DNA of 64,000 nucleotides. Source: Candidatus Thalassarchaeaceae archaeon. GTDB lineage: Archaea > Thermoplasmatota > Poseidoniia > Poseidoniales > Thalassarchaeaceae. The notes under the pieces were generated by a model, which was not told the DNA's origin, did not search any database, and worked only from the letters and a program-made list of their open reading frames with translations. Of the stretch, positions 57,602 to 64,000 are shown piece after piece; within the stretch, counting starts at the first letter, position 1; each line of letters begins with the position of its first letter. The position numbers and the translations under genes were made by a program. Location of the stretch: contig JBKEHQ010000002.1 of the NCBI GenBank assembly GCA_046710875.1, forward strand, positions 2,717 through 66,716, read 5' to 3'.

Positions 57602-59146
57602 TCAGTACAAATAATAGTGCCTATCTACTTCTTTTATTTTTTCTTCCTCGATAAGTAATTTTAGATGTGCTAAAACCTGATCTTCAGCCAATGTTAAATT
57701 TACTCCTCTTTCATTCAAGTAAACAAGTTGGCTGATTTTATTAAGATCAATTTGGCCACTACTTACAATATCGAATATTTTGTTATGCCTATTTTTCCTA
57801 TGTTCGATATATTTACTTAATAATTTATCAGGATTTGCAATCAATGGACCGTGTCCGGGAAATAACATCTTTGGTTTCATATTTTTCAATCTTTCTAAAC
57901 CATGTATATATTTTCCCATATCTCCTTCTCCTGAAGGAACTAAAATACTCCCAACTCCAACGCAATTATCTCCACTGACTATGCCAGATTCACCTATGAT
58001 GCATATGTGTCCAGGGCAATGTCCAGAGGTTTCAATAATTGACCAAGATGTTTTCCCAGATGGGCCATTTAGTGTAAAATCATCTCCTTCAGATATTACT
58101 GACGTTTCCATGCCGTTAGGAATAATTTTTTTTGTTTCCTCACTTATCCAAATTGGTGCTTGATAAATTTTGGAAATTTTACTTAAATCACCAATATGAT
58201 CAGGATGACGGTGAGTATATATTGTTGCGATTATCTTAGATCCAGAATCAGTAACTTCTTTAATTTTACTTGCTAAATCGATTAGAGAATCATTTGTTTT
58301 TGCTGCAGGGTCGACAATAACTCTATCTCCCCCCTCTTCTCCAAGAATATAGCAATTAGTATGCGTAGCAGGCGGTAATGTTTTTGTCCTAAGGGGCAGG
58401 CATTCTACATCTGGAGAAAACTCTATTCTGTGATATCCAGATGGTCTCTTTTTTGACAATATCTCGCAAGCAAATTTGATACTATTTGTATTTTCAATTT
58501 CATTAACTAGGTCTTTAATTAGCGTAACTATGGGGGGAGGCAATCTTATTTCATTCATTTTCCATGAATTCAATAATAAAATTGGATTCCACCATCTAAA
58601 CTCATCAAACTCTGACCTACCTGGGGGAAAAGTCGGTTCTAATTCTGTATTACTAATTTCTACATGAAAAAACTTATTTTTGAATCTGATTGGTGCAAAT
58701 GGAGGAGTCACTCTTTCAGATATTACTTTAGCATCAAATTTACTTATTAGTATCTCTTTATTTTCAATATTTTTTGCCCAGTTCTCTTTTTCTTTACAAA
58801 TACTTTCTCTTATTTTATGATTAATTTTAATCATTTTTCCATCTTCATTTGGAGTAAATCCAACTTCTTCAACAAGTTCACGAAGTAAAGCAATAGCAGC
58901 AATTCTGTCTTCACCCATGGTGGTTAAGAAGTTAGGATGATTTTCACCAAATTTAATATCTACTTTACTTATTCCTCCTCCGGGAAATGACCAAAAATCA
59001 GGGAACGACGGCATCTCTGAGACTCTATGCCCTAACAAAATCTCATGATGATTATTTATACTTCTGCTTATTACAGCCGAAGCAGATAATTTTGGTTCAC
59101 TAACATTGGTTTTTGGCATCACAAAACCTAGTGGAGTCTCGCCCAT
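57602..59146 (-). CDS. fusion protein: N-terminal Nudix hydrolase domain + C-terminal LACTB2-like MBL-fold metallo-hydrolase with a winged-helix tail
   Basis: The Nudix box is split by an insert (FPGGGISKVD...[insert]...AAIALLRELVEEVGF). MBL motifs are IYTHRHPDHIGD (HxHxDH), ETSGHCPGH and FPGHGP. The C-terminal YIEHRKNRHNKIFDIV resembles the beta-lactamase-associated winged-helix domain. Confidence 0.7.
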   Translation of the reverse strand: MGETPLGFVMPKTNVSEPKLSASAVISRSINNHHEILLGHRVSEMPSFPDFWSFPGGGISKVDIKFGENHPNFLTTMGEDRIAAIALLRELVEEVGFTPNEDGKMIKINHKIRESICKEKENWAKNIENKEILISKFDAKVISERVTPPFAPIRFKNKFFHVEISNTELEPTFPPGRSEFDEFRWWNPILLLNSWKMNEIRLPPPIVTLIKDLVNEIENTNSIKFACEILSKKRPSGYHRIEFSPDVECLPLRTKTLPPATHTNCYILGEEGGDRVIVDPAAKTNDSLIDLASKIKEVTDSGSKIIATIYTHRHPDHIGDLSKISKIYQAPIWISEETKKIIPNGMETSVISEGDDFTLNGPSGKTSWSIIETSGHCPGHICIIGESGIVSGDNCVGVGSILVPSGEGDMGKYIHGLERLKNMKPKMLFPGHGPLIANPDKLLSKYIEHRKNRHNKIFDIVSSGQIDLNKISQLVYLNERGVNLTLAEDQVLAHLKLLIEEEKIKEVDRHYYLY

Positions 59147-59284
59147 GCTGTCTCGAAGTGGCGCCTAACTTCAAACCCACTACAAAAATGATTGAATAGG
59201 GTACCTCCTCTTGGATGTTTAGGGGAGATACCCCATCTCTTATTTTTAAAATATCAACAATCACATAATTGAGAGGAATATACT

Positions 59285-59464
59285 TTGAAGCCACCCGAAA
59301 CAATAGAAGAAGAATTAGCAATAATGGCGGAAGCAATTGAAGCAGGGATTGATCCATTCAAACCTCTAAAAAACCCTTCTAAAATAGGAAAATTAGCATT
59401 AGGTTGGTTCATGATTATACTAATGGTTAGTTGGGCATCGCAAATATTATATCATTCTCTTTGA
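59285..59464 (+). CDS. candidate 59-aa tail-anchored small membrane protein (not in the ORF track)
   Basis: My translation from TTG 59285: (M)KPPETIEEELAIMAEAIEAGIDPFKPLKNPSKIGKLALGWFMIILMVSWASQILYHSL*. GAGAGG at 59271-59276 lies 8 nt upstream. An alternative ATG is at 59324. It sits in the otherwise empty 367-nt gap before the M14 gene. Confidence 0.3.
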   Translation: MKPPETIEEELAIMAEAIEAGIDPFKPLKNPSKIGKLALGWFMIILMVSWASQILYHSL

Positions 59465-59513
59465 TGACGTACTTAATGCAAATGATTCTAGGTAGTAACC
59501 CCTACAGGATACT

Positions 59514-60890
59514 ATGGGGCGCTCCTTGGTTGCTATTGCATTAGTAACGTTATTTATTACTTCAGCCGCTCCTATCATCAATGCACAAGTAGGGCAACCT
59601 GACATTGTTCAGGAACACTGGTATCATACTTATGCCACTTTAACATTAGATGTTAACGAGTGGGCTGATGATTTTCCGACAATTGTTGACTTAATTAGTG
59701 CCGGACAAACTGAGATGGGCAGGAATCTCTGGGTCTTACGAATTTCTGATTGGAGTGTCGAAACGAAACCAAATGGGATGGACAAAGATGTAGTTTACAT
59801 TGATGGAGGCCATCATGGTAATGAGCACCTTGGAACAGAACTAGCATTCCTAACTGCAGAATATTATATTGAGGGTTGGGCCGAAGGTAATCAAGAAGTA
59901 ATCGACATTCTAAAAACAACCGAATTACATATCCTCATAATGCTAAATGCTGATGGAAATGATCTTGATACGAGATGGAACGTCAATCAGGTAGATTTGA
60001 ATAGAAATTATGATCATTTTTGGAATAATTGCCCCCCAAATAATCCTACACAACCTGGAAGTAGCGCTTTTAGTGAATCTGAAACTCTCGCTAATTCAGT
60101 TTACATGAACACCGTAGTCCCCGATGCCGACCTATATGTTACCATGCATACTGGAGTATGGATTATGCTATATCCTTGGGGAAGATGGCCAGCACAACCA
60201 TCGGATAGGGAGTTATTCCATTTTATCAGAGATGATGTTAATAATAATATTTCTGATATCCCTATTCAGAATGCAAATCAAGGACTTTATCCAAATTGCG
60301 GGACTAGTAGGGATTACGGTTACGGAGTAATGGGATATCCGACATTTACTTTTGAAACAGATGATGAACAATTTTTACTTGGATCAGTAGAAGCTCTATC
60401 TGATAGATTAGGTGAAGAATTGAATGTGATGAAATATTTGATACAGAATGTTTGGTATTGGCGCGCACGCTTAGTAGCAGAAGATATAGAAATTAAGGAA
60501 AACTTTCTCTCAGCCCGCGTTTCTAATCTTGGCCATTCAAGTACTGCAAATGCAACCTTTCACTATTCTGATATGACTGGTGAGTTATTGTGGCATTCAG
60601 AAACTTTTGGAGTAAATGCAACCAATGAATCAAATGTAATATTCAATACTAATAATCTTACTTTGGTTGATGATGGTATTTGGAGTATTCACTATCAAAA
60701 GAGAGTGATAAGTTCATCACAGTGGGTAGAGGAATTAATCGATGAATCAACCATCAAGGTCCAATCAAAAAGTAAAGTTTTCCTTCCAGCACCCTCTTTA
60801 ATGATTTATGCAGTATCAATACTAACTGCTGCAATAACTAGTAGAAAAAATCAGAATACTCAAACGAAGAGTAATAATTTTATCAACTAA
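59514..60890 (+). CDS. M14 family zinc carboxypeptidase, secreted with a C-terminal TM anchor
   Basis: Signal peptide MGRSLVAIALVTLFITSAAPIINAQ. Zn motif IDGGHHGNEHLG (HxxE), then NADGN...DLNRNY, a late MHTG His, and a C-terminal TM LMIYAVSILTAAI. Confidence 0.85.
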   Translation: MGRSLVAIALVTLFITSAAPIINAQVGQPDIVQEHWYHTYATLTLDVNEWADDFPTIVDLISAGQTEMGRNLWVLRISDWSVETKPNGMDKDVVYIDGGHHGNEHLGTELAFLTAEYYIEGWAEGNQEVIDILKTTELHILIMLNADGNDLDTRWNVNQVDLNRNYDHFWNNCPPNNPTQPGSSAFSESETLANSVYMNTVVPDADLYVTMHTGVWIMLYPWGRWPAQPSDRELFHFIRDDVNNNISDIPIQNANQGLYPNCGTSRDYGYGVMGYPTFTFETDDEQFLLGSVEALSDRLGEELNVMKYLIQNVWYWRARLVAEDIEIKENFLSARVSNLGHSSTANATFHYSDMTGELLWHSETFGVNATNESNVIFNTNNLTLVDDGIWSIHYQKRVISSSQWVEELIDESTIKVQSKSKVFLPAPSLMIYAVSILTAAITSRKNQNTQTKSNNFIN

Positions 60891-60893
60891 TCA

Positions 60894-60899
60894 TTTTTT
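60894..60899 (+). terminator. oligo-T tract after the M14 carboxypeptidase
   Basis: TTTTTT lies 4 nt after the TAA stop (60888-60890). Confidence 0.35.
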
Positions 60900-60945
60900 A
60901 TTAATTCAATGCATTGGCTCGCTGTGGTTCACCGCTGACGCTACG

Positions 60946-61000
60946 GATTTCTATCACTAAACGCATGGGCCCCATCCATCCACCGGTAATCGGAAGGGTA
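60946..61000 (+). repeat. left copy of a ~55-nt imperfect direct repeat flanking the AKR/HxlR cassette
   Basis: gatttctatcactAAACGCATGGGCcccatccATCCACcGGTAATCGGAaGGGTA. See the partner at 62730-62785. The perfect blocks are AAACGCATGGGC (12 nt), ATCCAC and GGTAATCGGA (10 nt). Confidence 0.8.
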
Positions 61001-61146
61001 GGGAAACCACTACCGAGCAGTCACTCGGTGGGAATGCCGCAGAATTGGTTGGTTGGGCTTACCAATACTCCCATGGAAATAGTAACTAGTAGATTGGGAG
61101 GAACTCAGAAACCCACACAACCAATGTTGATTAGTTGGGGTACGCT

Positions 61147-62229
61147 TTACTTCTTCCAATCTTCAAGAGAGATATTGTTTTCTTCGGTGAATACACGTTC
61201 GCCCAGACTTCCACCATAGCGTGGTAATCCTTCCATAGAATTTCTTGGCACACAATCTTCGATGTTTTCCATATCTTGATCAGTTAGTGTGTAGGAGAGA
61301 GATACTGCCTTAGAATTTTCTTCCATATGTTTAGTGTTACCCGTGCCTGGAATTGGTACAACACCAGCGCCGTTGAGGGTGTCTCTACCCTTTTTGTGGA
61401 CCCAAGCAAGGCTGAGTGTGCTGAGAGGAACTCCCTTCTGCTTAGCTAACTCTTCAAGTAACGAAGCAAGTTCACGCTCACCATCTTTGACAGCATATCC
61501 GACACCCCCCATCTTTCTGAAATCCATTCGTCCCATTGTTTCTGTATTGAGAGATGTGTCGGCTAACAGGCCACGGCCGATAGGTGCGTAGGCAACTATA
61601 CCAATGCCAAGTTCAGCGCAAAGTGGGACAATTTCATCTTCTAATTCACGAGAGTATAGAGACCATTCCATCTGAACACATGTCAACGGACAAACGGCAT
61701 GTGCTCTCCGAATCGTTTCGGCTGAAGCTTCAGACAAGCCAACAAATTTTATTTTCCCCTCAGTAATGAGTTCATTCATTGCCTCCATGGTGATTTCTAT
61801 GGGGACGTTTGGATCTATTCGGTGGACGTAGTATAGGTCAATGCATTCTATACCCATATTTTTGAGAGATTTATAGCACATATTCTTGACGTCCTTTTTC
61901 TTTCCAGACTTCATGACTTTGGTTGCTACTTGATATTTTCCTTTACTTTGGGAGAGACCAAGTTTCATCCTTTTTTCAGAGGACTTCACTGTAGGAAACC
62001 ACGAACCAAATATCATTCCTGACAAGTTCGTGTAAATCTGAGCAGTATCAAAATGTGTTACTCCTGTCTCGATGCAACGATTAATGAGTTCTGCCACACC
62101 TTTGTTTGAGACGTCGTTATTTTTTCCGTACAGGTCTCGTTTACCCATGGTGATGCCAACTGACATCATGCCTATGCCTTGTTCTGATGTGATGAAACCT
62201 TGTGTCCCGAGTTTTTTCTGTTGGATCAT
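61147..62229 (-). CDS. aldo/keto reductase family oxidoreductase
   Basis: 360 aa. THFDTAQIYT (catalytic Asp/Tyr region), CIDLYYVHRIDPNVP (His), KFVGLSEAS and the C-terminal IPGTGNTKHMEEN. G+C is visibly higher than the window background. Confidence 0.85.
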   Translation of the reverse strand: MIQQKKLGTQGFITSEQGIGMMSVGITMGKRDLYGKNNDVSNKGVAELINRCIETGVTHFDTAQIYTNLSGMIFGSWFPTVKSSEKRMKLGLSQSKGKYQVATKVMKSGKKKDVKNMCYKSLKNMGIECIDLYYVHRIDPNVPIEITMEAMNELITEGKIKFVGLSEASAETIRRAHAVCPLTCVQMEWSLYSRELEDEIVPLCAELGIGIVAYAPIGRGLLADTSLNTETMGRMDFRKMGGVGYAVKDGERELASLLEELAKQKGVPLSTLSLAWVHKKGRDTLNGAGVVPIPGTGNTKHMEENSKAVSLSYTLTDQDMENIEDCVPRNSMEGLPRYGGSLGERVFTEENNISLEDWKK

Positions 62230-62281
62230 ATATTTCCTTCCTTTCGTACTTCGCCAACTTCGGGATTATTATAAGATAGAA

Positions 62282-62299
62282 AGTTGCAATGTTGTAACT
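62282..62299. promoter_or_regulatory. operator-like 18-bp imperfect inverted repeat upstream of the AKR gene
   Basis: AGTTGCAA-TG-TTGTAACT (half-sites AGTTGCAA / AGTTACAA) lies 53-70 nt upstream of the AKR start (62229, minus strand). It matches the 62703-62720 site at 14 of 18 positions. Confidence 0.45.
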
Positions 62300-62323
62300 T
62301 AGAATAATCGGATGTAGTTTTTT

Positions 62324-62668
62324 TCATTTTTTTTCCTTAAGACCGTAATGGAGCAGGCTATTCAAAATTGGTTTTACAATATCAAACGAATTAGTTACAT
62401 GGTATTCAACAGCGGTTGAGTTCTTGGATAACTCTTTTCTTTCAATTATTCCAATATCTTCGAGTTCGCTAAGTCTTCTTGTTAAGGTTGTGGAATCTGT
62501 CTGTGATGATTTCTTAATTTCTGAAAATCGTAATCCATCCTTTATAGTGCCAAAGACATAAATCACATGCAACATTTTTGATTTTGATAAAATGCGTAGA
62601 AGTTCTTGAATTCTCTTAGAAGCGAGTTCATTTTTCGTTTCCCATTCATTGAGTGTTGCGTCTCCCAT
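62324..62668 (-). CDS. HxlR/MarR-like winged-helix transcriptional regulator
   Basis: 114 aa. KMLHVIYVFGTIKDGLRFSEIKKSSQTDSTTLTRRLSELEDIGIIERKE...VEYHVT fits the HxlR-type wHTH layout. It lies directly upstream of the AKR gene on the same strand. Confidence 0.65.
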   Translation of the reverse strand: MGDATLNEWETKNELASKRIQELLRILSKSKMLHVIYVFGTIKDGLRFSEIKKSSQTDSTTLTRRLSELEDIGIIERKELSKNSTAVEYHVTNSFDIVKPILNSLLHYGLKEKK

Positions 62669-62702
62669 GAAATTAGGAAGGTGATTTACTATTCAAATCT
62701 TG

Positions 62703-62720
62703 AGTTACAATAGTGTGACT
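62703..62720. promoter_or_regulatory. operator-like 18-bp element upstream of the HxlR-like gene
   Basis: AGTTACAATAGTGTGACT lies 35-52 nt upstream of the regulator start (62668, minus strand). It is related to the 62282-62299 site. Confidence 0.4.
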
Positions 62721-62729
62721 AAAACAGCT

Positions 62730-62785
62730 GATTCTACCTCCAAACGCATGGGCACCCCTTCAATCCACTGGTAATCGGATGGGTA
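62730..62785 (+). repeat. right copy of the ~55-nt imperfect direct repeat
   Basis: gattctacctccAAACGCATGGGCaccccttcaATCCACtGGTAATCGGAtGGGTA. It has roughly 80% identity to 60946-61000 by hand alignment and the same orientation. It is followed by two GGTACCCTT 9-mers (62782-62790, 62812-62820). Confidence 0.8.
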
Positions 62786-62879
62786 CCCTTACGCTCTTAT
62801 ACACTCTGATAGGTACCCTTTGCTCCAAGTTGGATCATATGGTTACATGGATTATACATGGTAGGTTAAAGTATTCTGT

Positions 62880-63296
62880 ATGGGGAACAACTATAACTCC
62901 ACAAGAAGATGGAATAATATGGAGACAGGAGTGAACGGGGTAAAGTCAGCCCCATCGACGAGCATTGAAAATGACGCATTTGGAACAGGAACTTGGTCGA
63001 TACAGAAGGCAGAAAAAGGCCTTGACATGTTCTTCTTGGGGTGGGCGCTATTTATGTTAAACAGCGTAACAATTTTCTTGGCCGTTCCCTGGACCTCGGT
63101 GATATACTACAACGCATGGTCAAAGAAGGTAAGCATCGATGGTAGATCCGTGAAGTTCACCGGAAATGCTGGGGAATTTTTCTTGATTTGGGTCAAGACT
63201 CTTGTCTTGAGCGTAATCACTCTCACGCTGTACTGGTGGTTCGTTGGTAGCGCAAACAAGGCCAGATGGGTCGACTCTAACCTTTCTTGGGCGTAA
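62880..63296 (+). CDS. small membrane protein, weakly DUF898/YjgN-like
   Basis: 138 aa with 2-3 TM helices. ...FTGNAGEFFLIWVKTLVLSVITLTLYWWF... resembles the repeated unit of DUF898 proteins but is only about half the usual length. G+C is elevated, like the AKR gene. Confidence 0.4.
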   Translation: MGNNYNSTRRWNNMETGVNGVKSAPSTSIENDAFGTGTWSIQKAEKGLDMFFLGWALFMLNSVTIFLAVPWTSVIYYNAWSKKVSIDGRSVKFTGNAGEFFLIWVKTLVLSVITLTLYWWFVGSANKARWVDSNLSWA

Positions 63297-63469
63297 GTTG
63301 ATTTCTTGACCTCCGCTATGACTTCGCCCAATCAACTGCACAGTCCCGTACAGGGAAGAAAGAATCGGCTTTGGTCTAGCAGAGATGGAAGTATAATCTT
63401 CTCTTCATGTTAGATTGCTGATAATGATTCAGCAATAACTGATCACAACTCTTCGTAATTGCAGGAAAT

Positions 63470-63545
63470 TGGTAGTCCCTCCCGGATTCGAACCAGGGTC
63501 GTGGGATCCAGAACCCCACATGATGGACCACTACACTAAGGGACT
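63470..63545 (-). tRNA. tRNA-Gln (anticodon CTG), genomically encoded CCA
   Basis: The reverse complement folds as AGTCCCT-TA-GTGT..-TGGGG-TTCTGGA-TCCCA-CGAC-CCTGG-TTCGAAT-CCGGG-AGGGACT-A-CCA. Acceptor 7 bp with A1:T72, anticodon loop TTCTGGA. A TATA-like tttaataa (63571-63578) lies ~27-30 nt upstream. Confidence 0.85.
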
Positions 63546-63570
63546 ATGACCTTCGGGAGATAGGCTGAGT

Positions 63571-63578
63571 TTTAATAA
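63571..63578 (-). promoter_or_regulatory. TATA-box-like element upstream of tRNA-Gln
   Basis: On the minus strand TTATTAAA is centred ~29 nt upstream of tRNA position 1 (63545). Position-based only. Confidence 0.35.
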
Positions 63579-64000
63579 TCAATTGATGTCACGAAATCTC
63601 TGATTAATCAAATCTAAACTTGCAGGAGTAGGTCTACCTTCTTCCAAACTTAGTTTAGACAATGGAGTATCTGTAAGGCCAAGAATTTCAGTAGCAGTAG
63701 GCATCTCTCCATTATAATAAAGTAAGCCCGTTACATGCTTATTCTGACTTTCAGCCCTATGAACTGCTCCCAATGCAGATACAATATCTGTTGTATCATG
63801 TGATGAACCTATTGTTTCAAGAACAATTTTAGATCCATCAAACAATTCTATTTCTCTATATTGGCCTTCTGGTATATCAACTTCTTCAAGGGGAGAAAAA
63901 TGCGAGATATAATCAACGATGTGCAATACTTCATCATTTTCTTTCACATAATTATATGATCTATATGATTCATCATTATTTGCAAAAGTAACACAAGGCG
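63579..64000 (-). CDS. korB: 2-oxoacid:ferredoxin oxidoreductase beta subunit, C-terminal part (5' end beyond the window)
   Basis: The minus-strand frame stays open to base 64000. My extension upstream of the track GTG start reads ...PCVTFANNDESYRSYNYVKENDE.... The (S)PCVTF(N) motif and the C-terminal ...VTGLLYYNGEMPT... are typical of KorB/OorB-type beta subunits. Confidence 0.6.
   Translation of the reverse strand, partial: PCVTFANNDESYRSYNYVKENDEVLHIVDYISHFSPLEEVDIPEGQYREIELFDGSKIVLETIGSSHDTTDIVSALGAVHRAESQNKHVTGLLYYNGEMPTATEILGLTDTPLSKLSLEEGRPTPASLDLINQRFRDIN

Noticed and set aside
59100-59357. 85-aa minus-strand track ORF upstream of and overlapping the Nudix/MBL gene
   Set aside because: It is a low-complexity poly-Leu/Pro sequence (LLQLLPPLLLILLLLF), overlaps the 5' end of the real gene by 47 nt and has no family resemblance. 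The plus-strand small ORF in the same gap looks more protein-like.
60914-61219. 101-aa plus-strand track ORF in the GC-rich spacer after the M14 gene
   Set aside because: It is Pro/Ser/Gly/Arg-rich with no recognisable motif or SD. It runs into the 3' end of the convergent AKR gene and spans the left direct-repeat copy. It is most likely a chance ORF favoured by locally higher GC. I also looked for C/D-box, SRP or RNase P RNA features here and found none I could support.
60891-63545. Search for an integrase, transposase or duplicated tRNA-Gln 3' fragment to define the islet as a mobile element
   Set aside because: No recombinase-like ORF exists in or next to the islet. The best match to the tRNA 3' end near the left border (cgctacggatttc versus ctcccggattcgaa) is too weak. 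I therefore report a compositional islet only, not a mobile element.
1-64000. CRISPR arrays, rRNA genes and toxin-antitoxin or known defence-system signatures
   Set aside because: I saw no regularly spaced short repeats outside the intragenic protease duplication, no rRNA-like conserved stretches, and no recognisable Cas, restriction-modification, Argonaute or abortive-infection-type domains among the translated ORFs.

Overview
This is a 64-kb, low-GC archaeal chromosomal segment. By hand count, sampled 60-nt lines are about 28-38% G+C. It is gene-dense on both strands: I support about 58 protein-coding genes and 2 tRNA genes. I found no rRNA, CRISPR array, transposase or integrase.

Archaeal identity rests on recognisable informational genes: RadA, Hjc, Hel308, an Lhr-type helicase, Cdc48/VCP, RNA polymerase subunit K/Rpo6, chromatin protein MC1, an archaeal-type signal peptidase, an NFACT/Rqc2 homologue, and an initiator tRNA with an A1:U72 pair. 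Metabolic genes indicate an aerobic heterotroph: sdhCAB-like succinate dehydrogenase, heme O and heme A synthases, thiolase, aldehyde dehydrogenase, tryptophan 2,3-dioxygenase, and KorB at the right edge. Pyrimidine genes pyrBI and pyrC are also present.

There are many secreted or membrane-anchored peptidases: a giant S8 kexin-like protease, an M14 carboxypeptidase, an M50 protease, PepF and an AstE/AspA-like protein. The combination suggests a marine planktonic Thermoplasmatota (MGII/III-like) lineage. That is inference only, because there is no marker rRNA in the window.

Most of the window is ordinary core genome. The parts worth a second look are:

- A tightly coupled same-strand block Cdc48 - PRC-barrel - DUF4350-like - DUF58 - polytopic membrane protein, with no MoxR ATPase.
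- A Nudix/MBL fusion - alpha/beta hydrolase - NFACT operon-like trio.
- An envelope cluster (GHMP sugar kinase, large surface protein, helical-repeat membrane protein, membrane-tethered double-wHTH regulator, beta-propeller lipoprotein).
- The modular 1311-aa S8 protease, which contains a 63-nt perfect intragenic duplication.
- A ~2.6-kb GC-richer islet abutting the 3' end of tRNA-Gln. It contains an AKR/HxlR cassette bracketed by ~55-nt imperfect direct repeats and has two operator-like 18-bp inverted repeats.
- Two sub-60-aa ORFs missing from the ORF track.

All family assignments come from motif recognition by eye. No searches were run.
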